Positions 52,939 to 64,000 of a DNA stretch of 64,000 bases are shown one piece after another. This DNA is from an uncultured Acidobacteriota bacterium (GTDB lineage: Bacteria > Acidobacteriota > Thermoanaerobaculia > Multivoradales > UBA5704), in NCBI GenBank assembly GCA_963770895.1, contig CAVYRF010000002.1:2272001-2336000 (forward strand). Reading direction: 5' to 3'. Within the stretch, counting starts at the first letter, position 1, and the number at the start of each line of letters is the position of its first letter. Both the position numbers and the translations under genes were made by a program. A model generated the notes under the pieces. That model made no database searches and was not told the DNA's origin. It saw nothing but the letters and a program-made list of their open reading frames with translations.

Positions 52939-54180
52939 CTAGAACGTGCCGATGAGCGCCAGGCTGCCGGCGGCCAGCGCCAGCGACACCAGGGTGACCG
53001 GCAGGCCGACGCGCAGGTGCTCGGCGAACCCGAAGCGGATGCCCATGCGCTCGGCCTGCTCGGCGACGATGAGGTTGGCGATGCTCCCCACCAGCACCGC
53101 GTTGCCGGCGAAGGTGCCGGCAAGAGCCAGGGCATATCCGGTCTCCGCGCGCGGTTCCACGAAAGGGAGCAGCAGCATGACGGCGGGGACGTTGCTCACC
53201 ATGTTGCTGAGCACCGCCGTCACCGGCATCAGGACGACCAGCCGCGACAGCTGCACGCCGCTGTGCAGCAAGGCGTTGCTCGCCGCGAGCGTCCAGCCCG
53301 AAAGGGCGATGCCCCGCTGCACCACGAACAGGCTGACGAAGAGGGCAAGCAGCCCCCAGTCCACCTGGTCCAGCGCGTCGCGGGTCGAAAAGCGCCGGCT
53401 GATCAGCACCGCCGCGGCGATCGCCAGGGCGGCAAGCGCGGCGGGCAGCGGCGACAGGAACAGCGCGATGGCGCAAGCGGTGAGCACCACGGCCTTGATC
53501 GCGCCGCCGCGATCGACGGCCGCCGCGGCCACCGCCGGCGGCAGGGCGGCGACGGGCAGCGGCAGGCCCCGCGCCGCCGCGCCGGCGGGCTCGACGCGGC
53601 GGGCCACCAGGAAGTAGAGGAATGCCAGCGACAGCACGACCGGCGTCGCGCAGGTCAGGACGAACGGCAGGAAGTGCAGGTGCAGGTGCTGCGCGATCAG
53701 GATGTTCTGCGGATTGCCGATCGGCGTCAGGGCGCCGCCCAGGTTGCTGGCGCAGGCCACCGCGGCGAGGAAGGGCAGGGGATTTTGGCCGCGCCGCACC
53801 ACCACCACGATGACCAGCGGCGTCAGGGCGAAGCACACCACGTCGTTGGTCAGCACGGCCGACAGCACGGCACAGGCCACGATGGTGCCCAACAGCAGGT
53901 GGCGCGGGTTTTCGATCCTGGCCAGGCGCTCGGCCAGCGCGCCATAGGCGCCCGACTGGTGAAACTGCGCCGACAGCAGCATCATCCCGAACAGCACGGC
54001 CAGGGTCGGGGCGTCAATCGCCGCCATCGCTTCGGCGAAGCTCACCCGGCGGGCGAGCAGGAAACCGGTGGCGCCGAGCATCGCCCAGCCGGTGCGGTCG
54101 GTCGCCAGGCGGCGCACCCGGCCGAGCGCCAGCCCGGCGTAGGTGAACAGGAACAGCAGCAGCGGCAGGATCGGTGGCAT
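52939..54180 (-). CDS. ArsB/NhaD/CitMHS-type (IT superfamily) anion transporter
   Basis: SAVLTNDV, SNLGGALTPIGNPQN, VSNVPA, GSIANLIV. Confidence 0.85.
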   Translation of the reverse strand: MPPILPLLLFLFTYAGLALGRVRRLATDRTGWAMLGATGFLLARRVSFAEAMAAIDAPTLAVLFGMMLLSAQFHQSGAYGALAERLARIENPRHLLLGTIVACAVLSAVLTNDVVCFALTPLVIVVVVRRGQNPLPFLAAVACASNLGGALTPIGNPQNILIAQHLHLHFLPFVLTCATPVVLSLAFLYFLVARRVEPAGAAARGLPLPVAALPPAVAAAAVDRGGAIKAVVLTACAIALFLSPLPAALAALAIAAAVLISRRFSTRDALDQVDWGLLALFVSLFVVQRGIALSGWTLAASNALLHSGVQLSRLVVLMPVTAVLSNMVSNVPAVMLLLPFVEPRAETGYALALAGTFAGNAVLVGSIANLIVAEQAERMGIRFGFAEHLRVGLPVTLVSLALAAGSLALIGTF

Positions 54181-54340
54181 GGCGGCGGATGCGGCCTGGG
54201 CGCGGTTCGGACGGGCGTGGGCGACGCGAAAGAGCGCAGGCTATCATTCGCCGGCATCTTCACCCTGCGAGGGGGCGATTCCGTCTATCCAGTCAGAGGG
54301 GCCGGCGCGCGAATCGGAATGGCCGGCGCGGTGATCGGAG

Positions 54341-59653
<5,313 letters not shown>

Positions 59654-59817
59654 ACGCCCAAGCGCCGCGCACCTACGCCTGGTGGCTGGACTGAGCGGGC
59701 CGCCAGGGCCGCCACCGGCGGGCACCGGCACGGCGCGCGCTACGTGCCAGGAGTGGGCTGGTCGTGGTCCTGAGCGGCCACCGGCGGGCCGCGCCGCGGT
59801 CTTATAGACTGCGGGGC

Positions 59818-61638
59818 ATGATTTCCAACTCGTTGGGTACCCATTCCGAATCTCCGTTGCGGCAGCCGCCCCAGGTTGCCTGTCTGACGGTCGTGGTGGC
59901 GGTGGTGGTGGCGCTGGTTGGGGTGGTGGCGGTTGGCGTGCCGGCGCTGCACGCACGCGGGGCGGTGGCGCAAAACGCGGCGCCGGCGGCGAGCGGCCCG
60001 GCGTCCGTGCCGGGACTGAGCGAGCACGACGTCGCGACCGACCTGGATCAGCGGCTGGCAAAGTGGAAGCCGGTGGAGATGCCCTGGCACGATGCCGGGC
60101 TGAGCGATCGCGAGCGCCAGCTGGTCGACAAGCTGGTCGAGGCCTGCCGGATGTTGGAAAGCATCTACTGGCGCCAGGCCGATCCGCAGGGGCTGGCCCT
60201 GTACCACGGCCTGCGCGACGGATCGGTGACGCTGGGTGTGCCGCCGATGGCGGCGCATGTCCGCCGCATGCTGTGGATCAACGGCGGCCGCTGGGATCTG
60301 CTGGACGACAACCGCCCCTTCATCGGCCACCAGGCGATGCCGCCGGGGCTGGCGCTCTATCCGCCGGGGGCGACGCGGCAGCAGATCGATGCGTATGTCG
60401 CGGCGCATCCCGCCGCCCGGCGCGGCATCTACGACGAGCACACGGTGGTCCAGCAGCAGGGCGAGCGGCTGGTGGCGGTGCCGTATCACATCGCCTATCG
60501 CCGCTTTCTGGAGCCGGCGGCGCGGGCGCTGCGCGCCGCGGCGGACCTGTCGGACGACGCGGCCTTTGCCCGCTTTCTGCGGCTGCGCGCCGATGCGCTG
60601 CTGACCGACGACTACTACCCGAGCGACCTGGCCTGGGTGGAGCTGGAGCATCCCAGGTTCGACCTGGTCTTTGCGCCCTACGAGGTCTTCCTGGACGGGC
60701 TGCTGGGGGTGAAGACCTCGTACGGCGCCGCGGTGATGATCCGTGACGACGCGGCGAGCGCCAGGCTGGAGGCGTTCCAGCAGTTCGTGCCGCAGATCCA
60801 GGAATCGCTGCCGTTGCCGCCGGCCGATCTGCCGTCCAAGCGCGGCCACGTCGCGCCGATGGAGGTGGTCAACAGCCCATTCCGCGCCGGCGATCTGCGC
60901 CACGGCTACCAGACTGTGGCCGACAACCTGCCGAACGATCCGCGGGTGCACCAGCAGAAGGGCAGCAAGCACATCTTCTTCAAGGACTTCCTGGACGTGC
61001 GCGTGGCCGCGATCATCCTGCCGGTGGCGCAGCGCGTGATGCGCCAGGACCAGGCGGCCCAGGTGACCGGCGACGGCTACCTGGCGACGGTCATGATGCA
61101 CGAGATCGCCCACGGGCTGGGGCCGGCATACTCGCGGCGCGGCGGCCAGCAGGTCGACATCCGGGAGGCCCTGGGGCCGGTCTTCTCCGGGTTGGAGGAA
61201 GCCAAGGCCGACGTGGTCGGGATGGTGGGCCTGGCCTGGCTGGCGGCGCACGGCGCGCTGCCCAAGGCGCGCCTGCCCGAGTACTACGCGTCCTACGTGG
61301 CGGGCATCTTCCGCAGCGTGCGCTTCGGCGCCGCCGAGGCGCACTCGCGGGCCGAGCTGATGGAATGGAACGTCCTGGTCGCCGACCACGCGCTGGTGCT
61401 CGACCCCGCCGCCCATCGCTACGCCGTCGATCTGGCCAGGATCCCGGCGGCGCTGAACAGCTTGGCCGCCGAGCTGCTCCAGATCGAGGCCACCGGCGAC
61501 CGCGCACGCGCCGAAGCCTGGTTCGCCAAGCATTCCGACGTGCCGCGCGAGCTGCAAACCGTGCTCGCCGCCGCGCACGACGTGCCGGTCGACTTCGACC
61601 CGCACGGCTCCTTCGCCGACGGCGACGTCGTCGAATAG
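59818..61638 (+). CDS. Secreted M49 (dipeptidyl-peptidase III-like) zinc peptidase
   Basis: NLPND, HEIAHGLG, LEEAKAD, RSVRFG; N-terminal hydrophobic segment; start uncertain. Confidence 0.85.
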   Translation: MISNSLGTHSESPLRQPPQVACLTVVVAVVVALVGVVAVGVPALHARGAVAQNAAPAASGPASVPGLSEHDVATDLDQRLAKWKPVEMPWHDAGLSDRERQLVDKLVEACRMLESIYWRQADPQGLALYHGLRDGSVTLGVPPMAAHVRRMLWINGGRWDLLDDNRPFIGHQAMPPGLALYPPGATRQQIDAYVAAHPAARRGIYDEHTVVQQQGERLVAVPYHIAYRRFLEPAARALRAAADLSDDAAFARFLRLRADALLTDDYYPSDLAWVELEHPRFDLVFAPYEVFLDGLLGVKTSYGAAVMIRDDAASARLEAFQQFVPQIQESLPLPPADLPSKRGHVAPMEVVNSPFRAGDLRHGYQTVADNLPNDPRVHQQKGSKHIFFKDFLDVRVAAIILPVAQRVMRQDQAAQVTGDGYLATVMMHEIAHGLGPAYSRRGGQQVDIREALGPVFSGLEEAKADVVGMVGLAWLAAHGALPKARLPEYYASYVAGIFRSVRFGAAEAHSRAELMEWNVLVADHALVLDPAAHRYAVDLARIPAALNSLAAELLQIEATGDRARAEAWFAKHSDVPRELQTVLAAAHDVPVDFDPHGSFADGDVVE

Positions 61639-61906
61639 CGCCCCCGCCGGCCGAGTTCAGCGGCGATAGCCGCACGTGCCGCGCTCGACGGCGGGCATCT
61701 CAACCCCGGCGCCGGCCTGGTCGGTGTTGCCAGGTCACAGACGAGATACCTGCCCTGGATCGGTCTGGGAGCGCCCAGCCCGGTGCCCGCGCGGCAGTCC
61801 CGCAGCCCCCTTCCAGTGCAATATGATATAGCATTGACGTAGATTCGTATTGCCGGTGTATTGTGTTTATCGGGAGCAGGGTAAAATATCTAAAGAGGAG
61901 AGCAGA

Positions 61907-63196
61907 ATGAGGTCGCTTCAGTTGTGGAGGGCTGCATTTCTAGCCGGTGTGGCGTCCATGCTTGTTCCTGCAAGTCATGCTCAGCAGTGTGTTTACCCAG
62001 CGAACATTTGCGAGCCGTGGTGGAACGGTACAGAGTACGTCCAAAACCCGTCTTGCGCATTTGTCAACCACGTTTACTTGCAAGGCGAGCTTATTTCGGG
62101 CTCAACTTCTGAGGGATACGTCTATAACGCTGCCGGCACCTTTTGCGGGGTTGAGGACAATGGCGCGACTTGCGGGGTCAGGACCACGACCAATACGTGC
62201 AGCGAAAGTGCTCCCGACCAATGCATCACAAGCCTCGATCCAAACTGCCAATGTGCGCCGGGGGATCCCACCTGCAATCTTCCCGAGACCGGCGGCGACG
62301 GCGATGGAGGAGGTGGCGGCGGGGATGATGGTTGCGGTGATGACCATCACTGTGCCGACGGTGGGGTGGGCGGCGTGTTGCAGCGGGCCGCTCAGATTGT
62401 CCCGCTGCCCGGCTCCGTGAGCATTCTGCTTCAGCAGCTCGCGCAGGCAAACGGCATCTATCTCGAAGCCAAGGTCCGGTTCCTCAACGCGGCGACCGGG
62501 GCAACCAAGTCAAGCGCCACCTATGAATACTGGGAGCAAGGCGGGCGCTACCGTATCAAGCTGAGCCCCGGAAGCGACTACCCTTGGTCGGACCTGGCCT
62601 TCGACGGCACTTTCACGCAAGGAAAACCCGCCCCGGACGCAGTGGAAATCAAGCGGGGAGACGATCGTAGCACCCCATTGCCAGACGGTCCGCTCGCCCT
62701 GGCTCTTGCTCCTCTCCGGGTCAATGACCCGACGTTCTGCCGGTTGTGTCAGCTTCGCCTGGCCGATCTCAAGAAGGCCGTTGCGTGGCGGCAGACTGCT
62801 TCGTTGAAGCTGGCGTCTGCAGAGAGCGTGATCCACCAAGGAACCTTTGATGCCGGCTTCGGGCGGCTCGCGGAAGCCGATTCCAGCGGCAGACTGATGC
62901 GTATGGTCTGGCCTGCTGACGAGAAACAACACCGGCTCGATATCACGCTCGACAACTATCAGCCCATCAAAGGAAGCGCGGCCCTGTTTCCGATGAGGCT
63001 GGTCGAGAGCCTGACGCCGACTCTGTCCGTTGAGTACACCGTCGAACAGGTAGATCTCTCCCCCAGCTTCAAGGATGCCGATGTCTTCAACATCCGCAGC
63101 GCTGCGCGCAAATTCTTTTACACGACTACCGCGAAGGACGGCTCCGTACGTACGACTGTTCGTAGCCTGCAGGTAGCGCCTCCGGCGGTCAAATAA
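61907..63196 (+). CDS. Secreted hypothetical protein with Cys-rich N-terminal domain and possible LolA-like C-terminal domain
   Basis: GAGGAG RBS, signal peptide (..SHA|QQC), 12 Cys before and within a Gly/Asp linker, CRLC later; codon usage less GC-biased. Confidence 0.72.
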   Translation: MRSLQLWRAAFLAGVASMLVPASHAQQCVYPANICEPWWNGTEYVQNPSCAFVNHVYLQGELISGSTSEGYVYNAAGTFCGVEDNGATCGVRTTTNTCSESAPDQCITSLDPNCQCAPGDPTCNLPETGGDGDGGGGGGDDGCGDDHHCADGGVGGVLQRAAQIVPLPGSVSILLQQLAQANGIYLEAKVRFLNAATGATKSSATYEYWEQGGRYRIKLSPGSDYPWSDLAFDGTFTQGKPAPDAVEIKRGDDRSTPLPDGPLALALAPLRVNDPTFCRLCQLRLADLKKAVAWRQTASLKLASAESVIHQGTFDAGFGRLAEADSSGRLMRMVWPADEKQHRLDITLDNYQPIKGSAALFPMRLVESLTPTLSVEYTVEQVDLSPSFKDADVFNIRSAARKFFYTTTAKDGSVRTTVRSLQVAPPAVK

Positions 63197-63199
63197 ACG

Positions 63200-63457
63200 G
63201 TGCCGCACCGCTTCAAGCTTTCGACCATCGGCTTGCTGACGGCGCTGGCCCTGACGGCCGTCTGCCTGCCCGCAGCCGGCAACATGGAAGCGCCGGCGGC
63301 CCCCGTGTCGCCGGGATCGGTCCCGCCAGCGTCGACCGCATCGAATGGCATCGTGCCAAAGGACGTTGAACCCTTCGAGGAGTCGATCGAGGTCAACGTG
63401 GTCAATCTTGATGTCGTAGTGCGCGATCGGTCGGGCAACTTACTGAGAATCGCATAA
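63200..63457 (+). pseudogene. 5' fragment of an Acidobacterial VWA-domain protein interrupted by IS630
   Basis: Signal peptide + FEESIEVNVVNLDVVVRDRSGN, then an abrupt switch to IS end sequence and a stop. Confidence 0.7.
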
Positions 63458-64000
63458 CATAGTGACATTTTGGCACTTTTCGTGTAGAGTCTCTTCATGG
63501 GAAACCCCAGAGGAGTCAAACGCGACTTTGAAGCCCTGGAAGACCGGCGATTGAAGGCGGCGAAGCTGCTCAAGGCGGGCTGGAGTCAGGCTGACGTGGC
63601 GCGGGAGGTCGGAGTTCATCGCCAGTCGGTCAGCCGCTGGGCCGCCGCACTAGCGGACGCGGGGTCGGAAGGCCTGAAGGCTACCGGCGGGCGTGGCCGG
63701 CGAGCCCGCTTGACGGCCGCCGATCTGAGCAAGATCGAGCAGGCTTTGGTGCGCGGTCCCGAGGCTCTCGGCTACGAGACGGGCCTGTGGACCCTGCCGC
63801 GGGTCGCCGAGTTGATCGAGCGCGAATGCGGAGTTGTCTACCATCCAGGCCATGTCTGGAGGATCCTGCGACGTCTCAAGTGGAGCGTCCAACGCCCGGT
63901 GGGGCGAGCGGTGGAACGCAACGAAGAGAACATCGAGCACTGGAAGCGCCGCCGCTGGCCCAAGGTAAAAAAAACGCTGCCCGGCTTGGCCAAACCATCG
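63441..64000 (+). mobile_element. IS630-family insertion sequence (left part)
   Basis: TA at 63441-63442 followed by CTGAGAATCGCATAA; transposase ORF immediately inside. Confidence 0.82.
63497..64000 (+). CDS. IS630 transposase, N-terminal HTH part (runs off window)
   Basis: MGNPRGVKRDFEALEDRRLKAAKLL..SQADVAREVGVHRQSVSRW..LWTLPRVAELI..YHPGHVWRILRRLKWS; A8 run at 63967-63974. Confidence 0.88.
   Translation, partial: MGNPRGVKRDFEALEDRRLKAAKLLKAGWSQADVAREVGVHRQSVSRWAAALADAGSEGLKATGGRGRRARLTAADLSKIEQALVRGPEALGYETGLWTLPRVAELIERECGVVYHPGHVWRILRRLKWSVQRPVGRAVERNEENIEHWKRRRWPKVKKTLPGLAKPS

Overview
A very GC-rich bacterial chromosomal segment. Gene content (Acidobacterial-type VWA N-terminus, class D sortase in an apparent diderm) suggests Acidobacteriota; this is an inference. 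From left to right: the 3' part of pdxA; a minus-strand glycosylation cluster (priming sugar transferase, GT4, three GT2, a GT-C-like membrane protein, another polytopic membrane protein); serS, whose stop codon lies inside the adjacent tRNA-Ser(TGA); an exported DUF1579-like protein; M1 aminopeptidase and YfhO-like GT-C; SrkA kinase; OFA-type MFS with a small partner; ettA; a sigma54-driven LPRTA surface protein and sortase, whose 3' end runs into a MITE-like element; an orphan histidine kinase; M28 carboxypeptidase; a coupled gene pair with PmoC/AmoC-like metal motifs and a His/Met-rich partner of PmoB-like topology; DUF885; DUF6526; a giant-protein/alpha-2-macroglobulin/PBP1C operon; an anion transporter; a single-ORF topoisomerase III-RecQ-HRDC fusion; an M49 peptidase; and a lower-GC tail with a Cys-rich secreted protein and a VWA gene truncated by an IS630 element. 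Best leads: the CuMMO-like pair (31909-34910), the TopB-RecQ fusion, the serS/tRNA-Ser overlap and the extended A2M operon. All family calls come from motif recognition by eye; no searches were run.
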